Positions 50,793 through 63,012 of a stretch of 64,000 nt of DNA are shown piece by piece. Source of the DNA: Felis catus (taxonomy: Eukaryota); contig NC_058382.1 of the NCBI RefSeq assembly GCF_018350175.1, positions 49,478,001 through 49,542,000 of the forward strand, in the 5' to 3' direction. Under the pieces are notes generated by a model, which did not search any database, was not told the origin of the DNA, and saw only the letters and a program-made list of their open reading frames with translations. The stretch's first letter is position 1; the number at the start of each line of letters is the position of its first letter. A program made the position numbers and the translations under genes.

Positions 50793-51479
50793 ACCAGACA
50801 TTTTAGCTGAGACACAGGATGCTAACGATCTTTGAGGGAAAAGGTTGGGGGAATGGAGACTGTGCCATGGAGTGAGGTCCGCTTTGTCTGTCCTTAACCG
50901 GACCCTGGATTTTCTGTCTGGTCCTATAGATCATTGTCACTGAAAAGAGGAGGGTTTGGAGAAGACTTTAAGCAAAGTATTTGTGCCTTACACGGGAACA
51001 CGGGAGCTGGCTTGCTTCCTGTCTCAGCACCAGCAGCTGTCAAAGTGCAAGGCTTTCCATACAGAATGAACAAGGCCCTGGGAGAGACACTGTCCGGGAG
51101 GGAGCAGCTGACAGTCAGTACAAGCCCTCAGCCTGTTATCTATTTGAGAAGAAATTGTTGCTGCCCGATATTACCAGCATCCCATGAAACTGTGCATGGA
51201 ACACTTCAACTAAAAGTTTAACAGGAGAGTCAAACCTTGACAACAGTATTTAGATGTGCCGTCACGGACCTAAGATGTCCAAGCTGCGTGGGTAGGAATT
51301 GTGGTCATAAAAGAGAGAGGCTGTGACATATGAAATTTGATGTGGACAAATAAGTAATAACTTGCTGATGGTCTCAGATCTTCCTGGTAGAAAAGAAAAG
51401 AAATGATCACTTGAAAATAATTTCAATAAAAATTAAAATGGGGGAAATTGGAGATCGTTTATCTTTAAAAAGTTGTTTA

Positions 51480-51692
51480 GGGGCGCCTGGGTGGCTCAGT
51501 CAGTTAAGCGTCCGACTTCGGCTCAGGTCATGATCTCACGGTTTGTGGGTTCGAGCCCCGCATCGGGCTCTGTGCTGATAGCTCAGAGCCTCAAGCCTGT
51601 TTCGGATTCTGTGTCTCCTTCTCTCTCTGCCCCTCCCCCACTCGCGCTCTGTCTCCCTCTGTCTCAAAAATAAATAAACATTAAAAAAATTT
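51480..51692 (+). mobile_element. Feliform Can-SINE
   Basis: TSD aagttgttta; near-consensus body. Confidence 0.94.
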
Positions 51693-52484
51693 TTTTAAGT
51701 TGTTTATAAAAAAATAACTCAAGGGACTATGTTTGATTCATGGAGTGCAGCTCAGAAGATTCTCAACCAAAATCTCCAATAATTGGGCACAGTTCTGGTA
51801 AAACTCCTTGGCTGTCTAAGCAGTCCAGACTTCCTTGGGAGGGGGACGGCAGGGTCATGACGCCCTGTGTTTCCCTGGTGTAGTGGAACAGCTGTTCCTG
51901 TCAGTGGCATATGGCCAAGGCGTGCGTGGCATTTGGGAGGGCTCCAGAGGGCCACCCTGCTGCTCCACACTCTCAGGGGACAGCTGCCTGAGCCGCAGGG
52001 AGGCAAGGTGCCACCTGGTTATGGGTGGTCGAGGAGGTACGGCTCTATGCCTTCCTCCCACAGGTGATCAGCCGTGTGGTTTGGAGCTAGTGAGGAGGAA
52101 GGGTATTAAACACTTTGTTCCTCAGAGACTGATTATTTGTTTGCCTGGATTTTATTCCTCCCTATCACTGCTGCCCACTAGAGCCCCTGGGGAAAGGATC
52201 TAAATGGAGAATAAAACTCAAACCAGCTGCCAGTGACTTCTGATAAGCTTCACCAATGGGCCTGTCGCAGGGAGAGCACTGGCGAAACGGGGATTCAGGA
52301 GCTGTGATAAATAGCAATTAATGAAGGAGAAATCGGGTCTAGGGTGTATCCAGATTGTAATTCTCCATGTTGACTCTGACCCCCACATGACTGTAGCCAT
52401 CTGCGGTTTCTGTGTTTATTGTGGACTTATTGTGGACGTGCTTGGTTTGGAGGAGACATTTCACACCGTTTTCCTGTCTTTCAG

Positions 52485-52580
52485 GTTTCAAGTGCCCCAT
52501 TTGTTCCAAGTCTGTGGCTTCTGATGAGATGGAAATGCACTTTATAATGTGTCTGAGCAAACCTCGCCTCTCCTACAATG
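52485..52580 (+). CDS. ZNRF1: ZNRF1 internal coding exon (probably exon 2), zinc-finger domain
   Basis: Acceptor ttttcctgtctttcag|GT and donor ATG|gtaagg; 96 nt, phase 1-1. Reads (G)FKCPICSKSVASDEMEMHFIMCLSKPRLSYN(D), a C-x2-C-x12-H-x3-C finger matching ZNRF1 rather than ZNRF2. Confidence 0.97.
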
Positions 52581-54785
52581 GTAAGGGCTTGGCCGGGGGC
52601 GGGGGAGTCTCCAACTGAGGGTCTTCCCGAGTTCGAGTGGTTCTGGGCAACCTTTGCACCCCCCTTTCTGGCAGGAATGCCTGCGTGGTGTTGAGGAATC
52701 CGACTTTTGAAAGCGTCTCGGTGCACCAGCTGGAGAGGCAGCCGAGTGGAGCAGGAAGGCGGCCCAGGGGTCAGGCCCGTGGCACCCAGAAGTCTCTTGG
52801 GTGCCCAGGCCTTCTGCCCCCTTAGTTCCTTGCACCTCAGGTTGGGAGATGCGGCCTTTGCCCATTTACACACCTGAGGGCAGAGGGCCTGGAGGGGACG
52901 CCACCTCTCCTTGGGGAAGGGGACATCTGTGCTGCTGGTGTGCACGGAGTGCTTAAGCCTTGGCGTCCACAGCAGAATACATTCACCAAGTGGACACCCT
53001 TCAGGGATTCAAAATGCTGACCTGCCACCTGGTCGCTCCACCAAGGCCCCACTGCTTCCTGCTTCAGAGCCGAGCAGTGAATACAACAGGTAGAATCGCC
53101 AGGCCAGGCCATTCCTAATGTGGTGCCTCTGTGGACAGTGAGCATCAGCATCTGCCTCCATCACTGACTGACTGGACAGTCTGAGAGGCAAGAGCTTAGC
53201 AGAGGTTTAGTTTCCAGGTCCATGAAATGGAGCTGTCAGTAACCTGGCTGTGAGGATTTTGTCAGAACAAAGTAAGATATTCACACCTAAAACCCGTCAA
53301 TACAGAGCCTGACCCGTGGTTGGTGCTCAGGAAGTTACAGCTGGCATTGATCGGAGACAGTCACCCTCAAAGATGTGAGCCCATCCACGGGTTGGTTGCC
53401 TTTCGTTTTCCAGAGTGGATTGACCTCTGTGTAGTGCTGGGTGCTGTGGGCTTCCACCCTGTGTTCACTCTCGTGTGCTTAGTCCGGTCCTCAAACCGTG
53501 TTCATCAGAGAACTGCGCCTTCTGTAAGGCACTAGATCTGAGGGGGGTGTGCTCCGGCCCCGTCATGGGGCTACTTCTGGGGTTAAAGTCATAGCGGTGC
53601 TCGGGACAAGTTCTGTGATTTCTCAGAGCCTGTGGACTGGATGGGAGGTGAGCCTCTGATCGCTTGAACCCCCTCCTGACGATGAAGGTTTCCTGAGTAG
53701 ATTCTCCTTACAGAGCGGTCCTTGGGCTCCTGCCTCCACACAGCGTTGGCCCAGGAGGCCTGATGATTCCAGATTGTTCCCTCGAGGTAAATCTGACAAA
53801 TCTGACATTCGTTCTTCTATAAACACACCCTACTATTCTCTTATCTCTGATTTACTCGCTCAGCAGAAAGATCTTGAGTACATGTGGGCAGGCCGGTTAT
53901 CTGCTTGTCTCCACAACACTCAGTCTGGTCGTATTTGCTCAGGTCAGAGGACCAGCCACAGGGGACGTTGTGGCCCCACCTCTGCCCCCAGCATTTCCTT
54001 CCCCTTCATCTGCTACCTGGTGCCCAGGAAGCCCTTCTTCTTCCCTATGGACAGCCTCTCACTGTCCCTAGACAGACCGCTGCCACATCTCTGAAACTTG
54101 TCATGTGAGCTCTGGGCTTCCTGTCAGACTCGTCAGCATACGTTCCTTAAAGGATGTTCCAGCTCTACTTTGTCATGTTCCTCGTCTCTGCCTGGGACCA
54201 TGGAGGGAGCCGAGTCTTCTCCCGTGGCCCACAGCCCTCCCCAGCCATGGCCCAGAAACTGTGTTCACTTATTCTCCGCATGTGCAGAGCCCTCATGAAG
54301 ACCGCTTTTTGTCCTGTGGGTTGCTAGGGAGAGTTCTCTGTAGACACTGCCTTGCTGTCATAAAAACACAAAGCAGCCTCAGAGTGGGTTCCACGCGAGA
54401 GGACTGGGCTCTTGATGTCATCAGGGAGAACTTTGCAAGGGCAGCTGTGGAGGACAGAGTGCTCTTGGGGCCACCTGAGTGAGAAGTACCCACATGCCCC
54501 ATTAGGAGAACAGAAAAGGCGAGAGACTTGTAAGTGCCCGGTGCAGCCTGGAGCTCTCCTCCTTGCCCACAGCCACAGGGAAGGGGCCCTTGTCCCTCTC
54601 CCCTCACTTCCACAGGAGAGCCAGCTTGGCAGCCCAGCCTGAGCACAAGCCACCCACAGAAGCCACAGAGTCAGAGTCCCCTTAGAAGAAGAGGAAGTTG
54701 ACCAACCAGTGTGAGACCCAACTACAGCTGTTCTCAGTTCTGTTCCATTTTCCACTCCTCTAATTGAAGGGCTGCCTCTTCAGGA

Positions 54786-54790
<5 letters not shown>

Positions 54791-54828
<38 letters not shown>
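54791..54828. repeat. (GT)n microsatellite
   Basis: Directly visible. Confidence 0.95.
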
Positions 54829-54831
<3 letters not shown>

Positions 54832-55426
54832 CTAGAGGCTCAAGCACCTCCTTTACAAAAGTCAACCTTTACCACCAGAGGCAAGGAGAGGCATGTTGTG
54901 TTGTGTCTGGTCCTTTCAGTGGAATTTGACTTAAGGGGATGGAGAGGTTTCAGAAATGGCGGGCTGGCCTCTCTGTGTGCACTTAATGCCTGATAGCCAG
55001 TCTCTGTGTTTTGTGAAGACACCTAAACCTTCCAGATAAGAGAAGGCATTTGCCACTGGGGATATGTATGTGGAGTGGGAGTCTCCAGAACTTGTCTAGG
55101 GCCTATTCTAGCTCACACAGAGCACAGGCATTTCAGGGACTGTAGGCCAAAGTCCCAGGTCAGGACATCTGGGTGTTTACTTTGGTTTTGCCAATAACCT
55201 GTTTTACGCCTGATCTCTCATCATCCCCACCAATTTCACTTTATCTTTTCTATTCAAAAGAAATGTGAGAAGACTTCTTTACGTTCTTTAATCTGTGAAG
55301 TATAAAGTTCTCAGAATCTTCTGGAAAGTAGGCAAGATGAGGCTTTCTTAGTGAATAGAGAAAAGTGCTGTTTCCTTTTGAAGATTCACCAGAACTCCTG
55401 GTCACTCCCCTGGAGATTTCTCGTGT

Positions 55427-55428
<2 letters not shown>

Positions 55429-55470
<42 letters not shown>
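55429..55470. repeat. (AC)n microsatellite
   Basis: Directly visible. Confidence 0.95.
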
Positions 55471-55472
<2 letters not shown>

Positions 55473-56027
55473 TCTGTAATTGCTGGCACTAATTGGGGAA
55501 ATTTCTAGAAAATTTGCAGCGGTTATGTAAGATGAAATTTAGTTAACCACCAAAGGAAAAAAAGTAGAAACCTCCTAAATGAGGCAGATAGAAAGTAGTA
55601 TTTTTCTTATTATGAGGGTTGGCCTGAGCTGTGGATTGGAAAGCCTCCAGTAGCGGCCTGCCAGATTAAAAAAAAAAAATTTAGGAAAGGCAAGACTAGA
55701 TTAACTGGTTCACCCAGTGCTCAAGAGAAATGTGCAGGCCAGTAACTGGTGCTCCCAGGGCAAGCACCTGGCTAGGAAGGCTTGTGAGTAGTTGCCCCAT
55801 GCTGAGGGTATAGGATGGGTGCAGGGCCCCAGAGCACTGAATGTTCCATCCTTCTCATCCACGGGTGGCTCTGAGCTCAGGACCCCTGGGAGATGAGGGA
55901 GGAATTGGGGGGACCCACTTTTGTGGATAAATGCAGTGAGCTTGAATGGCCCTTTAATTTCTCTCTATGTGCAACATCTATTTGTGGTTCTGAGACCAGG
56001 GAACTCACCCTCAAGAATATGCACTCA

Positions 56028-56246
56028 AGGAGCTCCTGGGTGGCTCAGTCAGTTAAACATTCGACTCTCGATTTCAGCTCAGCTCATGACAATCTCATGA
56101 TTCTTGGATTCGAGTCCCACATTGGGCTCTGTGCTGGTGGCACGGAGCCCACTTGGGATTCTCTGTCTCCCTCTCTCTCTGCCTCTCCCTGCTTGCACGC
56201 TCCCTCTCTCTCAAAATAAATAAATAAACATTAGAGAAAAAAAAAA
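56028..56246 (+). mobile_element. Can-SINE
   Basis: TSD aagaatatgcact on both sides. Confidence 0.92.
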
Positions 56247-59200
56247 AGAATATGCACTTAAATTTTGACCTTCACATTGCTCAGCTAGCAGTACGAGCCT
56301 TGAGATTGGATGGGGCACTTGATTTTGCTATGAACAAAATAGAACCATAATACTGTCGGGGGCGTGACAGATGGCCAGCTGTCAGTGGAAAGTTTAGGGG
56401 GCCCACATTCCAAGACTAGCCAGGAGTCCTTGGCCCTGGTAGTTTCTGGGGGGTTTCAGGTTCCTTTGCCAGCAGTGTTAAGGAGAGCTTGGTTGCTATC
56501 AAAATAGCTTCAGGAGATTGTCTCCCCTCAGCTTTCTTTCTTCTCTTTCTTCTTCTGGACCCATGCTCTGCTTCTAAGGTCCTAACTACCCTCTTCCCTC
56601 CTCTCCACCAAAAGCCATTGCCCCCGACTTTAGGGCTCTTAAAATGCTGCATGCCACACAAAGTTTCTTTAATGGAGAGGGAATCTGACTCCCTAAAAAG
56701 GCAGGAATGCCTCCTTCGAGTTTACCCCAAGGCAGCAGACTTGTGTAAATGGTGCTTATCTGGCCTGTGTCCCTGCTGAGAGCCTGTGGTTGGCATGGAA
56801 ATGCCTTTTCTTAGGCCTGGGGGAGCCAGGTCCTGGCCTTTGAGCGTGCCCAGCCCAGTGGGGCACTGGCAGGGTCTACCGTTCGATGCTTCGGCAGTGC
56901 CGGACTCAGAGGTGTCGGTCCTGGTGCCCCTCCTACAGGAAGAGGGCTGGTGACCGGAGGGCCACTAGGAGAGTGGGGAACCCGTGGGCAGGAGACCCAC
57001 AGGGGCTTGCCGCAGTGGGGAAATCAGAATCGGGTAGTTACAGAAGAGACTTGAGCTGGGTCGCCGTGGGGAGCCTCAGTAGGGATGAAGCCCTCCGGGC
57101 GCAAGCTTTATTGGCTGCCCCCTCTTGGCCACCATCATTGCAGCCCAGCCCACCAGAACAACTGGAGCGTGCCCCACAGTCTGGGCATTGGGGTGGGGAT
57201 GCCACTGCTGGGAGGGGAACCCTCTGCTCCAAGTTTCCCCTTTTCCTGGAGATTCCCCAAGAAGGGAGCCGGCGAAACCGGCGCCGATGGCACTGCTCCT
57301 CCCTGTCCCCCAGGAGACTGGGCCAGCAGCTCTGCCCTTGTTGAGGAGACCAGGCTCTGCTGCACCTGGGCAGGAAATGAGGCCAGGAGGTGGGGCCAGT
57401 GTCTCTGCGTCATTTGCTAAGGGTTCTCCCTCTGGCTCCTACCTTCCTTCCCGCCAGGGCTTTGACTGCCATTAAGCGCCAGAGGAAATGCATTATGTAT
57501 CGTCCTGCTCTCAGCTGCTGGCTCCGAGCTGCACCAACTTCAGCTTTCCCTCCAGGCTGCCGGCAGAAAGGGATCAGTAGCTGTTTGGGCCTTCCTGCCC
57601 CCTCCATGCCGCCAGACCAGCCGTTCGGGCAGTCCCTTGGGGAACGTGGAGCCAGCACTCCATGGGGCAGCCAAGCCCCACATGGCAGCCCTACACCTAG
57701 GTTCCTCCACCCCCCCCCACCCCCCGCCGGAGCCCCTGCATGCACACAGTCGCAAGAAGAGGAAGATCTGAAGTTGTGGGTGAGATGGGTGGTGTTTTCC
57801 TGCCCCAAGGGAAGAGACTCCATCACCTGGTCTTTTAAGGAAGGGAGGTAAGGTGGCCACGTGGAACTTGTCTTGGGAGTCATGGCCACTTACCAGCTGC
57901 ATGAGCTGATCCAGAGACTCCCTTAGGGTCTTTAGGACTCATTGAGATGTTTCTGTGAAGTTGTGGCATACAGCTGGCCCCAAAGAAATGAAGCCTCCTT
58001 TTCTCCTCCTCCTACATCTTGCTTTGACAAATAGCAGCTGTCAGAGTGCCCCTCTACCCCGTATCTCAAGGCAGGAGTAGAAGTATGCAGCCACCCCCCA
58101 ACCCCAGTCCCTGCCCTGGTGTCACCCTCTCCCGCTGTGGTGCCAGAGAGCTTTGCCTCTCGTTTGGCTCCCTGATCCATTTGGACGGACAGATATTGGC
58201 ATCACTTAGCACCACTCCCACTCAGACCAGACACTTCTAAACTCCCTCTTGGGCAGTGACACTGGCTTTGCACAGGGCATCAGGGACTTGGTGGGGCAGG
58301 GAGTGGAGGGGGGGTGGGGGGGTTGTCGGGAGCCAATAAGAAAAAGGCAGAAAGCACAGCTTCATTCCTGTTTTCTCATCAACCAGCATCAGTTGAGGCC
58401 CCTCCTCTGGGGACATCAAAGGACGTTTGTGTCCCTGGTGGCCTCAATTTGTGCCAGGCCCAGGGTCCTCGGCTTTGTGCCTCGAGGCTCCTGACAGCAG
58501 GCAGCAGCCTCCCACAAGAAGTGTATGGAAGACTTGGAGGAGCTATTTGATAGCCAACTGTCAGCCCTAGCCATTTTCACTCCCCTGCTGAGCTCCCACG
58601 GACATCTGGGGGCTGCTGACTCCAGGGCCCCAGGGATTGGGACAGGAAGTTTTACTCAACCTGCTCAGGCCTGTGGCCGGATCTGTGTACCGCCTGCCTT
58701 CCGCTGTGGGAAGAATACTGCTCCCTGGGCACCACGCCGGGTGTGGGTGCCACTGGCTTCCCCAGGCTGTCAGGGCCCCAGCCCTGAGCTCCCCTGTCCC
58801 ACGGGCTTCCAGGCCTGGTGCTGCAGCCCCAGGCTGGCTGGTGAGGCGCAACACCGCACTGTGTGCGAATGGTAATTGATTGTTTCTAAGAAGATGCATC
58901 TGACCTTCATGTGCTCAAGCCGGAGTCCTTGATAAGAAAAGGAACCACCCTGTGCCTATGTCTTCCCCTAGTGACATCCAGTATGAAAAGAGGGGCGAGT
59001 CGAGCAAACCTCAGGCCTTCTCTCCATTCCTGGCTCCCTTCCTATATCTCTGTCACCTCTGCTCTGGCCTGGAGCCAGTGCAGGTGGAGAGCACAGCCAC
59101 TGGCTCGGGAAGCTTTGGGGACCCAGGGAATTGTAACCTACCCATTGGGCTCACGGCTGGGGTATCAGTCAGTGGGGGGAAATGCAGAGGACACTAATTG

Positions 59201-60100
59201 GGAATCTGTAACGTTACTGCACCCCAGGGATAGGAATCATCCATAAGTGGGGAGGAAGGGAGGAACCATGAAACGGGGCTGGGGCCCAGACTCACTTTCC
59301 CCCTGGGACGCCTGAGGCGGAGAGGGCTCCCAGGAAGGTCCGTCGTAAAACTCTGCCCCCTCAAAGCAAGACTGTTTTCCTTCCCATCTTTATTGGGGTG
59401 TTTTCCTCCAGTGTTTTATTATGAAACTATGAAACATACAACAGAGTTTGAGGGTTTTGCAGTGAACACGCAGAGAACCCAGAGTCCGGAGTCTGCGTCT
59501 TACGGTACTTGCTCTGTCGCACCTCTGTCCACCAGCCCATCCTATCTTTTGATGCATTTCAGAGCCGAATGAAAACACCAGTACTTTTCTTTATTGGTGC
59601 TTTTCATTGTAAAAGCAATGCATGTGCAAACAAATTTCAAAATATATAAAGACATTTTTCTTCTAGTCCTCCTTTCCTTCACCATCAGAGTGTATATTCT
59701 CCCAGGCGTTTTCTCTGCCAACGCAACCAGGTGGGTACACACATACATTTCAATATGGAGGGTATCTGGTGCTTTAAGAAATGGTGTCCTGCCCTTTTAC
59801 CGATCTGCCACTTGCCACATTCGGAGTCTGAGGCTTCCCTCCCCTTGGCAGACTGATGATGTGCCATTTGCTTTTTCCGTTCTTGTCACCCTTTCAGGCG
59901 GGCCTGTGGGTTAACCTGATGTTAACAAAAAGTGACCACAAATTGTCTTGGCCGGGAAGCAGAAGGTGACTTCTGTCACAGCTCAAGTACACAGGGACTT
60001 CAGTATTGACCTGTTCCTGTCTTAGGCTTTTTCCTCAGGGTTCTTGGTGGGGAGATTTGAGGCACCTTAGCCTTCTAGGCCATGAAGAATTCTCGTTTTG

Positions 60101-60430
60101 AGGGCACCTCCTTGGCTTAGTTAAGCATCCGACTGTTGATCTGAGCTCAGGTCTTGATCTCAGAGTCATGAGGTCAAGCCCCTCATTGGGGTCTGCTCTG
60201 GGCATGAACGTACTTTTTAAAAGGCGGTGGGGGCACCTGGGTGGCTCAATGGGTTAAGCAGCTGACTTCAGCTCAGGTCATGATCTCACGGTTCATGGGT
60301 TTGAGCCCCGCGTCGGGCTCTGTGCTGACAGCTCAAAGCCTGGAACCTGCTTCAGATTCTGTGTTTCCATCTCTCTCTGTCCCTTCCCTGCTCACACTGT
60401 CTCTTAAAAATAAATTAAAAAAAAAAAAAA
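60101..60430 (+). mobile_element. Short SINE (60101-60221) followed by a feliform SINE (60229-60430)
   Basis: Two heads; near-TSD aagaattctcgtttt / aagaatccttgtttt flanks the pair. Confidence 0.88.
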
Positions 60431-60554
60431 GAATCCTTGTTTTCTAGGCCCCACATGTTTTCCTTTCCATCAAAGTCATCAGAGAGCACACAAAAACAGG
60501 CGGAGGAGGGCACCAAGCAGAGGGTCCCAGGCCCTGCGCTGCCACTCCCAGGCC

Positions 60555-60720
60555 CCCATCTCAGGCAAGATGTTTGATTTCTCTGGCTTCTGTATCCTCC
60601 TTTGCAGAATGGAAATAACACACATGCACTGCCTAGCTGATAAGGTTGTGAGGCTCAATTGAACACACACGTACAACCTCAGGATGTATCTCATTTGGTG
60701 GTGCTCAAGAACAATTACAA
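60555..60720 (+). mobile_element. MIR fragment
   Basis: caggcaagatgtttgatttctctggcttctgtatcctcctttgcagaatggaaataa...aaggttgtgagg. Confidence 0.65.
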
Positions 60721-61794
60721 TCTTTTAGTAGTGGGGAACTGATCCTGCTTCAGGCTCTTTCTTAACATCCATAACCTCACCCTCTCGGTATTTCTCTTGT
60801 GGTTTGGGAACCTTCTGAGTAACCTTTGCTTCCTGCGTCTCTTGCACCTGCCTTCCAGATGTTAGAGTTAACTCGGGTTCTGTCTTCGGCCTTCTTAGAT
60901 GTCAGTCAAATCTCTTTATCCCACATCTACACCCGTCACCCACGTCTCTCCTCTAAACCCCACAGCTAGACTTGAATAGTCTCCCGGAGGTTTCATTAGT
61001 TTGTCCAAATGGAGATGCCCGGTCAGCATCCCCTACCCAGCTCTGAACTCACTTGTCCTGCCTGTCCTCCTCCTGGGTCCCCTCTCATAGTGACGAGCAC
61101 CTGCCACTTGCCTGGCTGCCCTGGTCAGCACACATCATTCCTCCCTTCGTGCCCCCGTGGCTAGTGCGGGCCCTGAATCCATTGCTCCTGCATTGCCGCG
61201 TCAGCCTCCGCAGCGGGCCCCCCATCTCTGGGCTCTCTCAGCCCCTTCTCCAGTGGTCAGCAGAGACCAGACGTGATCAGACCGTGTCTCCAGGGCCTCC
61301 CAGTGAACCAGATGAAGCCTAGGCACCACAGCAGAACACGAGTCCGTCCCGAGGGAGTTGGTCCCACCTCCCCGTAAGACCCCGCGTCTCTCTGCAGAGG
61401 CCATAGCAAGCTTCCTGCGGTTCCTGATGCTCGGGTACTATTCCCTTTGCCTGGGATGTCCGTCCCTGAACAGTCTCTGCGCTGATAAGGCAGGCATCTG
61501 CCATACCCTCACACCTGGGCCTGTGGGCATCGTCTGGCTTCCTAAAAATTCCCGTGCTATTCGTTTCCATTTCTTGTCAGCCTCCCCTGTGAGACTAGGA
61601 CTTCGATCCTGGGACCGTGGCTTATTCACTGACTTGCCAGTGCCCAGAATGTCACAGAAATTTAATAAAGGGCTGCCGACTCAGCCACGGTGTCTCCCTG
61701 TTCTGCCCAGGCCTTTCCAGCTGTGGCTGTGCTAGGGGCCTGTGGTGTGCGGTAGCTTCCTTCCATTCATTCTTTTCTGTGGGGGGCCTTTTTC

Positions 61795-62500
61795 TCCTTT
61801 TTAAATCGAATTGCACAACCTAGTAGCGTTCAGGACATTCACAGTGTTGTGCAACCATCATCTCCATCTAGTTACACACACTTTTGGAAGAAAACGCCTG
61901 GCACGATTGTGCTTTCGTGAGGTATCTAAAATAGAGTCCTTCTCAAAGAGCCAGAGGATAGCGTGGCGGTCGCCAGGGGCTGAGGGATAGGGAGACGGGG
62001 CGTCGCCTTTCAGGGGGTGTGGAGTTTCAGCCGTGCCAGATGAAGAAGCTCTGGGGAGCTGGTGCCTCCAGTTAGCAACAGTGTAGTGCACACTTGAAAG
62101 TCTGTTAAGAGGGTAGATCTTGTGGTAAGTGTTCTTACCATCCAAAAGGGAGAAAAAGAAAACCCCTTACCCGTAAAAAAGCCACTCCCCGTCCCCTCCT
62201 GCCCCAGCCCCTGATCTGCTTTGTGTCCACATTGGCCTGTCGTGCACATTTCATATAATGGAATCGTTCAGTAGGTGACTTTTTGTGTCTGGCTTCTCAG
62301 CACGGTGTTTTTGCAGTCTGTCCACATTGTGGCCCACCTTGGTTCTTTGCTCCTTTTCATGGCTGAGTAATATTCCATAGTGTAGATGGCCCACGTCTGT
62401 TTATCCACTGACCAGTTGGGCGGGGGGGGGGGGGGGGGGGGATATGGGCTGATTCCACCTGTTGGCTGTTGTGCACTCACGAGTAGTTGCTGAGCACCTG
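61795..62500. mobile_element. Antisense L1MB-like 3' end interrupted by a sense L1MA-like 3' end (about 61900-62160)
   Basis: cattcacagtgttgtgcaaccatca resumes as aaaccccttacccg...; the insert ends gttaagagggtagatcttgtggtaagtgttcttacca. Confidence 0.65.
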
Positions 62501-62906
62501 TCTCTTCCGTTCCCTCTTGCCTCGTACCCGTCACCATGCTTTTCCAAACCAGAACTCCATGCGGCCCCTGGTCTGTGTGTCTGTCTGGGGGATGCTCCGT
62601 TCAGGGAAATAGTTTGCCTCTGCTACGTGCCTGTCCCCCTCCCAGCCCTTTTCAGCCTTCATCCTCTGGCCCCTCGTTTGGTGATTAATCCCATTTGTCT
62701 TCAGATAATTCATGTGCCGTGTGCGTGTCTTGTCTCTGCAGTACCTTCAGGTCAAGGTACCCTTGGTCTTCTGTGTTGCCCACAGAGCCTTGCCCACTTC
62801 AGGGGACCCAGGCGGTCCCAACCAGCTCCTAGACCCCTGCCTGCCTTGCACCACCTATCTGCTGGCGACTGACCCTCTCCCACTCTCCTCTGTCCTCCCT
62901 TTGCAG

Positions 62907-63012
62907 ATGACGTGCTGACTAAAGACGCGGGTGAGTGTGTGATCTGCCTGGAGGAGCTGCTTCAGGGGGACACGATAGCCAGGCTGCCCTGCCTGTGCAT
63001 TTATCACAAAAG
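62907..63012 (+). CDS. ZNRF1: ZNRF1 internal coding exon (probably exon 3), N-terminal part of the RING-H2 domain
   Basis: Branch-like CTGAC at 62869-62873, pyrimidine tract, ttgcag|AT, donor AAG|gtacga; 106 nt. Splices in frame to the previous exon (AAT G|AT GAC), giving DDVLTKDAGECVICLEELLQGDTIARLPCLCIYHK. Confidence 0.97.

Larger units (their letters stand above)
52581..62906 (+). other. ZNRF1: ZNRF1 GT-AG intron between zinc-finger and RING exons (10,326 nt)
   Basis: Begins gtaagg, ends ttgcag; phases of the flanking exons are compatible. Confidence 0.93.

Noticed and set aside
51473..51673. Recurrent ORFs with GAWVAQSVK...SAQVMISRF...PASGSVLTAQS motifs, suggesting a small-protein family
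   Set aside because: They are translations of Can-SINE bodies (also 4882, 14228, 34220, 40097, 60241).
56886..58899. Several overlapping 110-160 aa ORFs on both strands
   Set aside because: Expected in GC-rich, stop-poor DNA; no recognisable domain or convincing splice structure.
52485..63012. ZNRF2 or a processed ZNRF pseudogene
   Set aside because: Residues CPICSKSVASDEMEMHFIMCLSKPRLSYNDDVLTKDAGECVICLEELLQ match ZNRF1, and the exons are intact and separated by a canonical intron.
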